The notes under the pieces are model-generated. The model did not search any database and had not been told where the DNA came from. It was given only the letters and a program-made list of their open reading frames with translations. A DNA stretch of 64,000 nt from Squalus acanthias. Lineage: Eukaryota. The translations under genes were made by a program, and so were the position numbers. The stretch lies in assembly GCA_030390025.1 (NCBI GenBank), contig CM059432.1, forward strand, positions 124,312,001 through 124,376,000, given 5' to 3'. Within the stretch, counting starts at the first letter, position 1. Every line of letters starts with the position of its first letter. Shown in pieces: positions 12,925 through 26,231 of the stretch.

Positions 12925-13552
12925 GAGAGGATTCGAGTACAGGAGCAAGGATGTCTTGCTGCAGTTGTACAGGGCCTTGGTGAGACCACACCTTGAGTAT
13001 TGTGTGCAGTTTTGGTCGCCTTATCTGAGAAAGGATGTTCTTGCCATGGAGGGAGTGCAGCGAAGATTCACCAGACTGATACCTGGGATGGCAGGAATGA
13101 CGTATGAAGAGAGATTGGGTCGATTAGGCTTATAGTCGCTAGAGTTTAGAAGAATGAGAGGGGATCTCATTGAAACTTATAAAATTCTAACAGGACTAGA
13201 CAGACTAGATGCAGGAAGGATGTTCCCGATGGCGGGGGAGTCCAGAACCAGAGGTCACAGTCTAAGGATAAGGGGTAAGCCATTTAGGACTGAGATGAGG
13301 AGGAATTTCTTCACCCAGAGAGTGGTGAACCTGTGGAATTCTCTACCACAGAAGGCAGTTGAGGCCAATTCATTAAATATATTCAAGAAGGAGTTAGATA
13401 TATTTCTTAAGGCTAAAGGGATCAAGGGATATGGGGAGAAAGCAGGGACAGGGTACTGAGTTTGGATGATCAGCCATGATCGCATTGAATGACAGAGCAG
13501 GCTCGAAGGGCCGAATGGCCTACTCCTGCTCCTATCTTCTATGTTTCTATGT
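12925..13552 (+). mobile_element. CR1 LINE 3' end with (TTCTATGT)n tail
   Basis: RPHLEYCVQFWSP...RGDLIETYKI...FFTQRVVNLWNSLP, then 3' UTR and microsatellite tail. Confidence 0.93.
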
Positions 13553-13828
13553 AACAAGCAGTCCTGTAGTTGGCTCTCCCTCTTGTGCAATGGTCTCCCC
13601 TCCTACTTACCTACCTTGATTGCGAAGCAGGGACTGGTGGATAAAGCATAATTAAAACATTTTTTTTTAAACTCTGTGTAGGCACAAGAGCAGATTTTGC
13701 TTAAACAGTGCAAGATTTTTATTTTCTTCTACTATGCAGCACACAGGGATAATATTTCATCTTCAGTACTCCCAGCCCACAAATCTTTGCCACAAGGGCA
13801 CTGAAAGTGAAATTATAGCTACAATATT

Positions 13829-14500
13829 GGCCCAGTTTTTGCTGTCAAAATAATGGTGAGGCTAATGGCGTGCGCTCTAGTTATACATAAATGGTACAGC
13901 AACTTCAGGCAAGGGGCCGATACGTGGTAAAATGCTAATATCCAAAGGTTGCTGTCCAAGTTGATCCGATGTTTGGTTCGCAGAAACGGCGTTGTGCCTC
14001 AGCTCACCATTGACATGCACAGAATGGCATGAAGTTGCTGCATGTGCATGATAGATGTGAACTAAACTCACCGCAAAAAGTTTAGGTTTTGGCATTTTAA
14101 GAGCAAGTACCCTTTTAACGATGTGATAATTGTTAATTACTGCCAATCAACTTCTCTGGGATTGAAAATTAACTAGTAATAGTATGGAGTCTCATTCTTT
14201 CAAGTGTTAATTGTTGGAGATTTTAAAAATGTCAAATTTTAAACATTTTATTTTTAATTTTCCTCTCTTTTTTTTCTCTCTTAATCCAATCTTCTTTCCC
14301 TCTATTTCTCTTTCCGCACCTGATTTGACATTGAATTCACCCACTCTAATTTACATTTCCTTCTCAGTCTTTGCGATGTTAATTTCACAATCCTTCAATC
14401 TGATTGGTTAAGGAGATACCCAATTGCATGCCCCGTTCATTCAGGTCCCAGATGCCGGTTTCCCTCGCTGCAATGTTATCAGCTCGCACTTTCAGCAGCT
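13829..14500. mobile_element. Harbinger-type MITE, truncated; inverted homologue of 35642-36377
   Basis: Terminus GGCCCAGTTTTTGCTG. 14270-14420 is the reverse-complement homologue of 35820-35950. Confidence 0.7.
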
Positions 14501-15541
14501 GGTACGAACACTGGCATAACATTTAACTAATGAAAACAATATGCAACACAGCTGTAAACAACATACTGCACAATTTACACCACATTCAGATCGTCCTCTC
14601 AGACCTTATCTGTGGCAGGAGAACAGTTCCTAGAGCTACAGTGAATGAGGAAGGTCAAGGAATAAAGCTCCTGACTGCACAAGGAATAGTAAAGGCTGCA
14701 AGAGATGCATACCATATCTACAGACGATGGCAATGGCTGTTGTTTTGTGAGACCTACAAAAGAATGTTTAGTACACCGTGAGACAATGTGCATGTCCCCC
14801 CCGCCCCCAACTGTATTTTCCCTCAGATACTGCAGTTGCAACTTAGAATTTGTTTTATATGTTTCAACGGTAGGAATGTTGTTCTGTATGGTTTATATGC
14901 ACAAGTAATTTGCAGCGCGAGTTCAGCTGATTAAACGCTAGGAGTACCCCTAAACACAACTGAGGATCTTTGAGCCTTGGCTCTTGCCAACCTGCACTTC
15001 AGCTCTTTGGGCTTAGGAAAGCGATGCATGTCCCTACAGCAAAGAGCATGCACTCATATAGTGGGCAGACAGAAACTTCAATCTCCATGCATTGCTCAGT
15101 AGCTTGGTTGTGGAGATTCTTTTGCATGATGATAAGTTTTTGTGTGTGTATCAACAACTAGCAAAACAAAATAAATATTTAAAATAGAACATAATTTTGC
15201 ATTTAATCATTTTATTTTCAGTTTCAGTATTCGTGATAGGATTTTATTTTTCATAGCAGTAGGTCTAGGATCACTTCTGGTGCATTCAACACCTTAATTT
15301 GATGAATGCAAGACCAGGATATGAGCTGTGTAACATTGGAGCATGAGAGGGGAAAATTGAGCAAACTGATTTGGGTGAAGTCACTAACTACAGAACACAC
15401 TGCATAAACTAAAAGGCAACACTTCACCTAGTGTACATCCATAGGAAATGCTACCCCATTTGCACAGGAGATACCTTCCACTTTTACAGGAAACACCTTA
15501 TTTTTATTGCTGCTCTACCTGTATTAGATGCTGGAAACAAA

Positions 15542-16386
15542 GGGGGTGTTTGTTTGACTGGGGGCGCGTTGGAGGCGGGACTGCTGCTTGTCAGGTCGAT
15601 GTCCCACCTCCATCGATTTGTGGCCAACCCACGCTATTTTCCCTTGATTGACCTTGTTAAGCCCGCCCAGCGGGCTTAGCAGGCCAATCAAGGGGAAGCC
15701 AGTTGCAGAGTACGTCAACGTATGACGTTTCATCGGTCAAAAATTTTTGACAGATGAATTGTCATCGTTTGACAGCTCTGTGAAGCTGTCAAATAGTGAC
15801 ATTCTCTGTAGTTTGATGAGGTCTTGAATACAAGACCCCATCAAACTTCTTTCTTTAACAGAATTGAGATGGTTATTGCATCTGTGAATGCAACGGCCAC
15901 CTGTCAATCCCAACATGGAGGTCCGAGAGTCTTCGCATACACACCGACTGAAGCCTGCAGGAAGAAACAAAGGTAAGTACACTTATAAAAGCACTTTGCA
16001 CTTACCTCAGATACTCACCTCTACACTCTTGAACCCATCACTTACCTTCACACCACACTTTTGCACTCCCCCTGACCCCCGCAGATCCACTACTCGCCTC
16101 GGTGACCCTGGCGGGTTTTGGAGCCTTCGGGAAGCCCGCACTTGAGGGCAAAAAGGGGATAATCCTATTTTCTGCCTGTTAACTAGCTGTTAACAGGCAG
16201 TTAATAGGCTTTAATTCCTTCCCGCCTCCAAGGAGACGGGACCTGGCGCGGGACGGCTACCCGCTTCCTGGGAAGATGGCATGGAGGCGGGTTGGAGGCG
16301 GGTTTGCCACCCGCCCCCAAGTTCTGCCATTTTCCCGGCAGTCCCGCCTCCATACCCGCCTCCCCAGGGCTGGCAAAATCACCCCC
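15542..16386. mobile_element. Harbinger-type MITE (about 845 bp)
   Basis: Termini GGGGGTGTTT / AATCACCCCC with flanks AAA/ATA. GGCGGG-rich subterminal motifs. Confidence 0.7.
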
Positions 16387-16828
16387 ATAGTAGGAAATGC
16401 AAGTCAATTATTAGCTTCTGCCTGGTATGAACTGTCTTTCAATGCACTGGCGGAAAGTATTACAGCAGGTCCTCAGAGAAATAACCTGAGTTGTGATGTT
16501 GTTCAACAGATGCGCAGATTGCTAGAAATGTAGACATTATTTAAGCAGACATTGAGCTCCATTCTGGTTTTGTTCCTTTGTTCTTTATGTGGTTCCCTGT
16601 GCGACTTATCTTTCACAACAGGGGCATTTTAAATTTCCATAAAATGAACATAATAGTCTTCTTGCTGAATGTGCTGTATTGACACTACAAGCCCATTCAT
16701 AACATCTTGCCTTTCGATGCAGTATTTTAGTAAACCATGCTAATTCACCAGGCTGGCTTGATGAATAGAATTTTTCCCCTCCAGTTACTCAGCCATGTAT
16801 TACAAATGCTGCTATTCTAATGTAATCA

Positions 16829-17161
<333 letters not shown>

Positions 17162-17734
17162 TTATTCCTCAACTATAATAATTTGGCTTTTACTTGCTTT
17201 CTTATGAGCAAGTGCAATGAACGGCTGGCGCCGTTTGTTCGCCGCTGACTGCAAAATCTGGCCCATGCATGTAAATTGGGGTCTTGTGACATCTGCCGTG
17301 GACGCTCCATGCAATAAAACCTGTCGGGCAAGAAGCAGGGGACTTTACAGGTGAGTGTAGAAATATCACTGTGAGCCCCACAAAGAAAGTTTGGACTACT
17401 GGCACCCCATGCTGCCACCTCTTCTCTGTTTGCGAAACCTTCCCAAACGATTTACCTGAGCTCCAATCGACGGCCTCTGGACCGCTCGATATTCATTGCC
17501 CGGAACCCAGCAAACTGCCTCTCGCTGCATGTTTCAGGCGGGCCGCTCGGCACAGCTACGTTAATGAGGCCCAGCCGACCGCCTGGGAGCTAAAATTCCA
17601 CCCATGTTGTTCAGTCTATTTAAAGATGCAATCACACCAAAATACAAAATATATTCTTGTTGTTTACATTTTATGGATTTTCTTTGTGCTTGGAAGTTTT
17701 ACCTGTGGTTATTCATCTCTCTCACAGATTAAAA

Positions 17735-18485
17735 GGGCTGGATTTTGATACTGGGGCGGGTTGGGGTCGTGTCATCCGCATTTCGTGTTATCCACCCGAC
17801 TGCAATTTGATGTGGGAGATTGATGCAATTTTCACCTAATTGGGCAATTGAGTTCCAGCATGTGGAAACCCAGAAACCAATTAGTGGTTTCAGTCTGAAA
17901 GTCACCTCTGATGATGTCATCATTGCTGCTGCATTGCAGGTCAGACACTGCCTGGTCTCAGAGACTGCCTGGCCTTTGCTGTGAGAGGACTTGGATGCAA
18001 AATGAGCAGCATCAGAGAGAGAGAGAGAGAGAGAGACCAGGTCCTCTCACAGCAAAGGCCAGGCAGTCTCTGAAGACATTCAAAGCAGCAGCATCAGAGG
18101 CGACTTTCAGACCTAATACTACTACTACCTTCATCACATCTCCGTTGTAATAGTGGACCTGCAGCTGATAGTCAGCTATCCACTCGTGCTCCAGCCAGGT
18201 TTCACTGGCATGTTTCACATCAGGCGTGCTTCACATCAGAAAAGGATTAAACTAGCTAAAACATTTCAAAATGGCATTACAGAGCCAATTTAGGGCTTGT
18301 TAAGGGCTTTAATGGCCTCTCCCGCCTCTTGGAGGCAGGACGGAGTCGGGAACACCACACACGATTTTATCAAAACTGCGTGGAGGCGGAATGGAGGTGG
18401 GATCAGGTCCGCCCACCACTTTTCGCAATTTTAACCCCCCACACGCCTCCAAACCCGCCTCCACGGCCCTATGAAAATCCAGCCC
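17735..18485. mobile_element. Non-autonomous Harbinger (MITE) of the 20883-25024 lineage
   Basis: Perfect 12-bp TIR GGGCTGGATTTT / AAAATCCAGCCC. Both about 200-bp subterminal regions align to the full-length element. Confidence 0.88.
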
Positions 18486-18504
18486 AATAAGTTTATGGAG
18501 AGTC

Positions 18505-18940
18505 AATCCCCGGTTAAGCAATGCCTCAATTTTAAAATTCTCATCCTTGTTTTCAAATCCCTCCATGGCTCCATCCTCCCGATCTCTGTAATCTCCTCCA
18601 GCCCCACAACCCCCCCAAGATATCTGCGCTCCTCTAATTCTAGCCTCTTGAACATCCCCGATTTTAATCATTAACCATTGGTGGCCGTGCCTTCTGTTGC
18701 CTAGGCCCTAAGCTCTGGAATTCCCTGCCTAAACCTCGCCGCCTCTCTACCAATCTTTCCTCCTTAAAGACGCTCCTTAAATCCTACCTCTCTGACCAAG
18801 CTTTTGGTCACCTACCATAATTTCTCCTTATGTGTCTCGGTGTCAAATTTTTTTTTGTCTTATACCACTCCTGTGATGCGTCATGGGACATTTTACTGCA
18901 TTAAAGGCGCTATGTAAATACAAGGTGGTGTTGTTGCTGT
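18505..18940 (+). mobile_element. L2 LINE 3' end
   Basis: FKILILVFKSLHG...LRSSNS, ending GGCGCTATGTAAATACAAG plus a TTG-type tail. Reverse homologue of 47409-47840. Confidence 0.88.
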
Positions 18941-18979
18941 ATATTGTCAAGGCTTATTGGAAGAAGTGAACTAATTGCA

Positions 18980-20023
18980 GTTGATTTTTATTCCCGGGTG
19001 GGGGACGCAGCAAACTGAGCCGCATCTCCGTCTGGAAGTAGCAGCAGGGAGGGAGGGTCGGCCAGTTTCAATGGCCGGGCCTCATTAGCAGGCCTCTTCT
19101 CAAGTCCTTGGGAAGCGGCTGTTCGGCTGTTAAAAATGTGCGGCTCAGCGACCACTGCTGTGGACCCGCGGGAACGGTCCCTGGCTCAATGTCAGTGGTG
19201 TGGAGGGCTGTGGGAGGGGAATGCCATTGGGGGAACGGGAGTACCCCAGGATCGGGGTCCAGAGACCTCTTCTGGCTTCTTCTACCTTACTGGGCCGCTT
19301 CTCGTCCAGGCTGCTGTTCCCAGAAGGTTTAGCCTGGTGTCTCCCCCTGCTCAGGCCTCAGGTTCAAATCATTGGATCCTGATCTGCATATTTAAAAAGG
19401 ACTCTGCTGACATGGGGCGGGTGTCACTGCCATCTGCAATTTAAAATTGCAGTCAGTCAGATCGGGGCAGGAAGCGAGTGGGTAAGTCCCTCTTTCCATT
19501 TTGGAGAGTCAGCCGTGGCTCAGTGGGTAGCACTCTCACCTTCTGAGTCAGAAAGTTGTGGCTTCAAAGTCCCACACCAAGAGACTTGAGTGCAAAAATC
19601 TAGGCTGACACCCCAGTGCAGTGCTGAGGGAGCGCTGCATTGTCAGAGGTGCCGTGTTTCAGATGAAACGCTAAACCGAGGCCCCGTCTGCTCTCTAAGA
19701 TGGATGTAAAAGATCCCATGGCACTAATTTGAAGAAGGGCAGGGGAGTTATCCCCGGTGTCCTGTTCAATATTTATCCCTCAATCAACATCACTAAAAAA
19801 GCAGATTATCTGGTCATTATCACATTGCTGTTTGTGGGAGCTTGCTGTGCGCAATTTGGCTGCCGCGTTTCCTACATTACAACAGTGACTACACTCCAAA
19901 AGTACTTCATTGGCTGTAGAGCACTTTGGGACGTCCAGAGGTCGTGAAAGGCGCTATAGAAAAGCAAGTCTTTCTATCTTTCATTTTAACTGCCTGCCAA
20001 GCGGGGGAGTTAAAATTCCCCCC
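18980..20023. mobile_element. Harbinger-type MITE interrupted by a Deu-SINE (left end uncertain)
   Basis: Right terminus GGGGGAGTTAAAATTCCCCCC, as in the 30667 family. Confidence 0.6.
19508..19980 (+). mobile_element. SacSINE1-like Deu-SINE
   Basis: GTCAGCCGTGGCTCAGTGGGTAGCAC head, Deu core and L2-like tail. Flanked by TCTTT(C)CATTTT repeats. Confidence 0.9.
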
Positions 20024-21129
20024 ATTGTCTTTTCTTGCTGCCGCAGACAAAAGAAATGTGCACTTTGGGGAATTTATTTTTACTTATGGAATTTAATTAA
20101 ACTATTTATGATGTACAAAACAGTTTTCTACAAATAACATTGTTGAAAGAAAACTGGCAGCTAACAAAAAAAGAAAATGTGAAAAAGGCCACCATTGTGA
20201 AATATTGTACATTACCCTCATGTGAACCTTTCTCCTTCTCTGAATAGTGAATAGATTCATTTGGGTGATTTTAATCTGAACTAGTTGGTCCTGAATCCCA
20301 CAGAGTAAACAATTGTTTTAAATCAATTCCAGTTAAATCAACGTGTAGAATCTCCACTATTCTGTCTCGTGGATCTAGACACTGACTTGATTTATGTTGT
20401 ACTAACAAGCCTCATCAGCTAGTCCTCTGTGACCCCTGAATTTATTAATTAAATGTTTCTAATTTATTATGATAATTAGAAAACCTCCAAAAGTAAGAAA
20501 ATTCTCAAGTTTAAAAAATGTGCCGGTGCTTATTTTAATTCTGATCTTGCCAACACCGTCTGGCCCGACACGATATCATGCTGAGATATTTATAAATTAG
20601 ATTGGCAGCAAAAGTTCTTGCTGAGGCCCTTGGCTCTCATTCCATTCCACCATTCATAACTGTCAGGATCATCTTCTTCACAGTCAATGGAAAGACAAGC
20701 AACACAAGCTCCTAAATTATAGCACTATATTTAACTTGGTTCTCTCACACAGATTTTTACATTCCTTTTCCTTCTTCCCATTCTAGAGTTCAAAGAGTAG
20801 AAGGATGCACTGGTACATCTGGCCCTTGCACTGGAGAGGCAGGATGGGGAAGGCCATGGAAGCGCCTCAAGACAAAGATAAGGGACTGGATTTTGCCATT
20901 GGTGGCGGGTTGGGGGCGGATCAGGTGGTCGGCGGGTCACGCTCCCGCCTCCGCTGTCAGGTGGGATAATTTAGCGATTTTGCCCCAATTGGGCAATTGA
21001 TTCCCAGCGTGTGCGCACCCCTGGCCCAATTAGTTTTTTGGGCCTGAAACTCGCCTCTGATGACATCACTTCTCCAGCTGCATTTAAGGGCTCCAAGCAG
21101 CCTTGGTTCATTTTCAGCCTCTACGCTTG

Positions 21130-23002
21130 TCCTTGCTTCTCTTCAAAGTGTTTGGAGCTCGTGGGATGTCTACTTCAAGGCCCAAGGCTTCAAAAACCTC
21201 CCCAACAGACCAAAGCTGTGTGGCTGCAACTTTCTCAGGAGGTCAGTTCCACATCAATGTGCAGCAGAACCTGGCTGCAGTGCCGAAAGAGGTTCAATGA
21301 CCTTGTCCGCACAGGAAAAGTGAGTATAGCATCAACTTTACCCTCATTCTGCTCCCCATCTCCTCTCAGCACCAGCACTCTGCATTGTCAAACTACTCCT
21401 ACACATCCCACTTTACCCTTACATCCCTTGCACCCTTAACCATTCCCTCTCTGCCTATGTACACAATCACTTAACTATTCGACTATGCTGACCTCACACT
21501 CCCTATCACTGTTATGCTATGACAACAACTAACAACACACAGGGAGGGCCCTTAGTATTGGGACCTCACTCCATCTTTGTGTCCTTCTAAGCATCTATGC
21601 TATGGATTATCTACACTGACTCATCATTCTCACTCAAACTCCACTTGTGTCCATCATTGCAAGAAAAGAGAGCCCACAATAAGAGGGAAAGGGTGAAGAC
21701 AGGAGGAGGAGGCAGCCCTAGAGATCGTTGGCGCCGAGGAGGATGTGGAAGTGGGGGACAGACAGACAGGCGCATCAGAGCAAGCTGATGACAGAATAAT
21801 TTGGCATCTCTCTCATTTAGATTGCATGAGTGACTGATATGGCTTCTGGTGCTCAAACAGATTGACTTATGATCATCTGCACAAATCTATGTGCATACTA
21901 TGTTTATATCACATGTCTAACTCATGCCTTTACTCCCCCACAGGACCATCGAGAGCCCCACTCCCCACTGTCCAGGAGGAAGAGCCTGAGCCTGAAGACT
22001 CTTCAGAGGAACCTGCAACCTCTGAGGGTGCAGCGTCAGCAGAAGTAAGCGCACCCAGCACCAGCACAGAAACGCACACCTCGTGGAACCTTCGGGAGAT
22101 AGAGTAGAGTTGTCACCTGGTGTATCACAGCTCACAAGTGAGCATCAGCAGATGGTGGAGACAGGGACAGCAGTGGAGAGTCCTCGTCGGAGACTGCAGG
22201 GTGCTCCCAGCTCTGCTCAGCTGCATGTGGACCCTGTGCCTCTGGGGCCATCCAGAAAGAGAGCGGTGCTGGAACTCCAGGAACAGGTGCAGGAGTCTCT
22301 AGCAGGTTTTGTCTCCAGGGTCACTGCGAGTGTGGAGAGGATGGAGGAGTCCATCGCTAACATGAGCAGAGCCTTTGTGGAGGCATTGGCACATGAACGC
22401 ATCACCACGGAAAGGATGGCAACCTCCGTGGAAAGGATGGCTACGGTAGAGGAGAGGATGGCTACGGCCATGAAGGAGCTAAGTCACCAGAGTGTTGAAA
22501 ACATGGTGAATGTTCAGACTAGACTGACATCTCTGGAGGAGCAATGGGCAGCTATTGAGCAGAGAAACCAGAGCTTCATTGAAGTCCTCTGGAGTAGGAC
22601 TGCCTGTGCAGATACGGGTCCTCATGGCCCCCCTGATGTGCAGCAAGGTGCTTTCAAGCCACTTGCTAGCACTGAAGTAGGGCTGACCCATGAGAGGGAT
22701 GTTGATGGCAGACAACAAGGAAGTGGGGGCTCCTCTCTAAGTGCTCACACTCCCATGCCACTGTGGAGCCCTCAGTCAGAGCCCCACCAGAGTCCTCGCC
22801 CAACTGAGATAGACGTCTCAGCCCCTGCACAGCCGCAGGAGGAGCAGACTGTTGCCGAGCCCTCACAGGCTCGCAACCCCAGAGGACGTCCGCCAAAGGT
22901 GTTGAGGCAGGAGCAGCATCAAAGTGAGCCTCCACATCTGCTGAAGCCACAGGGGAAGCACCACGTAGAAGCATGCATAAGAGGAAGATAAAGCACAATT
23001 AG
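21130..23002 (+). pseudogene. Spliced Harbinger Myb/SANT partner gene (exons about 21130-21319, 21662-21788 and 21944-23002), frameshifted
   Basis: Exon 1 WLQLSQEVSS...RTWLQCRKRFNDL ends at donor GTGAGT (21320). Exon 2 reads EKRAHNKRERVKTGGG. After acceptor CCCCACAG| (21943) come acidic, coiled-coil, PRGRP and basic segments. Confidence 0.85.
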
Positions 23003-23260
23003 TCACAAGGGTAGTCACTTGGGTGTTCTGTTGTGTTTAATAGTTAAATGCCATCCTTTCGTCAATGTATTAAAATTAAGTGATGGCAAACTGTTGAAGA
23101 TCTGGCCTCTGTCATTTTGGAAATGAAAGTTCCACATTGAGGGCTCAGGAGCAATTGGATTTGTCATGATGGTGGTCAGAGTGATAGGAAGCCACAGGTT
23201 CTTGTCCATTGTCTATGGTGTGGTAAGAAGGTGCCAGGCACATGTGTTTGATTGGGCAAC

Positions 23261-24496
23261 CTAAGCAAATCTGGCCAAGATGAGTGCATCCCTTGCATCC
23301 CGAGCAGCAATGTGCTCGCGTGCTGCTGCAGCTGGTTGATGCGCATCCGCAAGGTCTTCGTTCTCGTTCTCCTCATCCTCCTCCTCATCTGAGGAGGCTA
23401 TGCACTGAGCCATTTGTTCCTCAGGCAGCTGCAAGCCACGATGTTGTGCGATGCTGTGCAGTGCACAGCAGACCACGATGATTCTGAAGACCCTGACTGC
23501 TGAGTACTGCAGGGCTCCACCTGATCTGGCAAGGCATCTGAATCACATCTTCAGCAAGCCAATGGTTTGCTCGATGATGGATCTGGTCGAAATGTGACTG
23601 GAGTTGTAGCGCTCCTCAGCTTTGTTTGATGGCCTCCTGAACGGTGTAATTAACCACGTCTTCAGGGGATAGCCCTTGTCTCCAAGTAGCCATCCCGAAA
23701 GTTGGTTTGGCGGATTGAAGAGCGGAGGCACACTAGACTGCCGCAGGATGAACGAGTCATGCCAACTGCCAGGGTACTTGGCGCAATCATGCAAAATGTC
23801 CTTCTTGTGGTTACACAGCTGCACATTGAGGGAGTGGAAGCCCTTGCGGTTGACAAAAAGAGCTGGGTTGTGATGGGGTGCCTTAAGGGCCACATGTGTG
23901 CAGTCTATGACGATCTGCACCCTTGGGAAGCCTGCCATTTTTGCAAAGCCAACCGCACGTGCGGTTATACTTGCTTGATCCGTGGCGAAGTGGATGTAAT
24001 TGTGCGCCTTTGCAAAGAGGGCATCAGTAACCTGTGTGATGCAAGTGTGTGCAGACGACTGGGAGATGCCGCTGATGTCTGCTGATGATCCCTGGAATGA
24101 GCCTGAAGCAAAGAAGTTGAGGGCGGTGGTGACTTTGACAGCCACTGGTAAGGGTTGTCCACCCGATCCTCTGGGCTCCAGGTGTTGGTGCAGCATTGCG
24201 CAGATATCAGCGACTACCTCTCGCGCAAGCCTCAGCCTCCTTTGGCAGTGCTGCTCACTCATGTTGAGGAAGCTCATCCTCAGCCTGTAAACTCTGCTTT
24301 GGGGGTGTCTCCTGGGGTGACGTGCTTCCCTGCGCTGGCGCCTTCTGCCCTATGCACCATCAGGTGGGTGAGCAGTAGGTTGGCGCTCCTGTTGTTGCTG
24401 CTACTGTTGCTACTGTTGTTCCTGGTTCTGCTGCTGCTGCTGCTGATCTTCGTCCGAATCTGCACTCCAGGATGAAAAGAAATAAATGATTCCCAT
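23261..24496 (-). pseudogene. HARBI1-like DDE transposase, 411 codons in one frame with four premature stops
   Basis: Motifs [35 protein letters not shown] and [12 protein letters not shown]. Poly-Q N-terminus and acidic C-terminus. Confidence 0.95.
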
Positions 24497-25423
24497 AATG
24501 CTGGTAGATACCTCAGTTGAGGAAACACTCACTCAATGTGGGGAGAGGGTTTTCCCAGGAGGTCACAGTGGAGATGGATCTCAGCTTCACCACTTCCAAA
24601 ATCAGTGGACCTGCAAAAAGTTCTCCAAGGCCTGAAAAAACAAAGTTCTCCCACCTGCAACTGATCCTTGTTGAAAGCTCCGTTTTTATGGTGGAGCTGC
24701 AGCTGTTTGGAAGCCAGCCACTTGTGAACCCAACAGGATTAGCTGGCGTGTTTCAAGAGAGACATGCAGCACGCTGGAAATGTGGGAAAATTTGAAAGGC
24801 CTCTCAAAATGGCATTAATAGAGGTCCTTAAGTAGTAGTTAAGTACCTTAAGGGCCTATCCCGCCGCTTGGAGGCACGACCGAAATGGACTCTGCAAGCC
24901 CGCCTCTGGCAAAGTTGCGCGGAGGCGGGTTGATGGCGGGATCGGAACCCGCCATCATTTTTTCAAACTTTCCCACCTGACCCGCCTTCAAACCCGTCTC
25001 CTCAGGGCTGGTAAAATCCAGCCCAAGGATTTTGAAGCCAATACACTGGTGAACAGAGATCCAGTGGAGGTCAGCAGGGACAGGTACATGAGATACCGTG
25101 CGGGATAGGATAACATCCACAGACTTCTGATTGAGTTGGGAGTTTGTAGAGGTGGAAACAGTGGAGGCCCAGCAAAGAGTCTGTTAGAGAAATCGAGTCT
25201 CAAATAGGACACTAAAGTTGACCGCCCGAGGATTCAGCCCAAGCGAACAATCAGCAAGGAAGATGGAGTTGGTTCCGTTTGCACGCTGCCAAGGTCGGGG
25301 TGGTTTGTCGTCTGCCTCCAGCCCCAAGTTAAAATCAGAGCTTTTGTGTCCATATAAGAATTTTAGGGTAGAAAGCTGCTGTGGTCTCCTTGTGTAGCAA
25401 CATCGCAACCACATACTTTTGGT

Positions 25424-25883
25424 GTCAGCCGTGGCTCAGTTGGTAGCAACCTTGCCTCTGAACCTAGAAGGTTGTGGGCTCAAGTGAGCACAAAAATCTA
25501 GGCTGGCATTCCAGTGCAGTGCTGAGGGAGTGCTGCACTGTTGGAGGTGCCGTCTTGTGGATGAGATGTTAAACCGAGGCCCCGTCTGCTCTCTCAGATG
25601 GACGTAACAGATGCCATGGCACTATTTCGAAGAAGAGCAGTGGAGCTCTCCCCGGTGCCCTGGCCAATATTTATCCCTCAATCAACATCATTAAAACAGA
25701 TTATCTGGTCATTATCACATTACTGTTTGTGAGAGCTTGCTGTGCGCAAATTGACTGCCGCGTTTCCTACATTACAACAGTGGCTACACTTCAAAAAAGT
25801 ACTTCATCGGCTGTAAAGCGCTTTGGGACGCCCGGTGGTCGTGAAAGGCGCTACAGAAATGCAAGTCTTTCTTTTTTTTCTTT
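25424..25883 (+). mobile_element. SacSINE1-like Deu-SINE
   Basis: Homologous to 19508-19980 over its whole length. Confidence 0.9.
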
Positions 25884-26231
25884 GAATACATTTTCAATGG
25901 CGCTACACATTGCAACCAGAGCAATTCTTCTCCCACTAAGGAGAACACCAAGAAAATGTCATTTGGTTCATTATGCTACCTGTGATAATCTCTATTTACT
26001 GAACCTTTACAATCAGGCTATAATTCTAAACATTGATGATGCTTGGCATCCTATCAGCAAGCACAAAACATAGTTGTTGGCCAGAGTATACAAATAAAAG
26101 CAAAATTCATTAGATTAAATAGATTCAATTAGTCATTTTTCTCATCATACCAAAGCATTTAGTGCAGTCCAAACTTTTTTTGACCTACTTTAGTATTTCC
26201 TGAACTCAAACAGGGCGATATCTGTTTCACA

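Larger units (their letters stand above)
20883..25024. mobile_element. Full-length PIF/Harbinger DNA transposon (4142 bp) with two convergent genes
   Basis: TIRs GGACTGGATTTTGCCA / TGGTAAAATCCAGCCC (14/16 match) and 3-bp TSD AAG. Myb partner on +, DDE transposase on -. Confidence 0.95.
20785..25210 (-). mobile_element. Old L2 3' fragment split by the Harbinger (pieces about 20785-20882 and 25025-25210)
   Basis: Joining the flanks gives GACAAAGATAAGGATTTTGAAG, collinear with L2 at 47790-47820. Confidence 0.7.

Noticed and set aside
19508..19590. tRNA genes at SINE heads (also 5481, 10720-10788, 25424, 29500, 33450)
   Set aside because: Each continues into a SINE body and lacks a complete cloverleaf.
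23261..24496. Host HARBI1 gene
   Set aside because: It lies between TIRs with a TSD, has premature stops, and has several paralogous decayed copies nearby, so it is a transposon copy.
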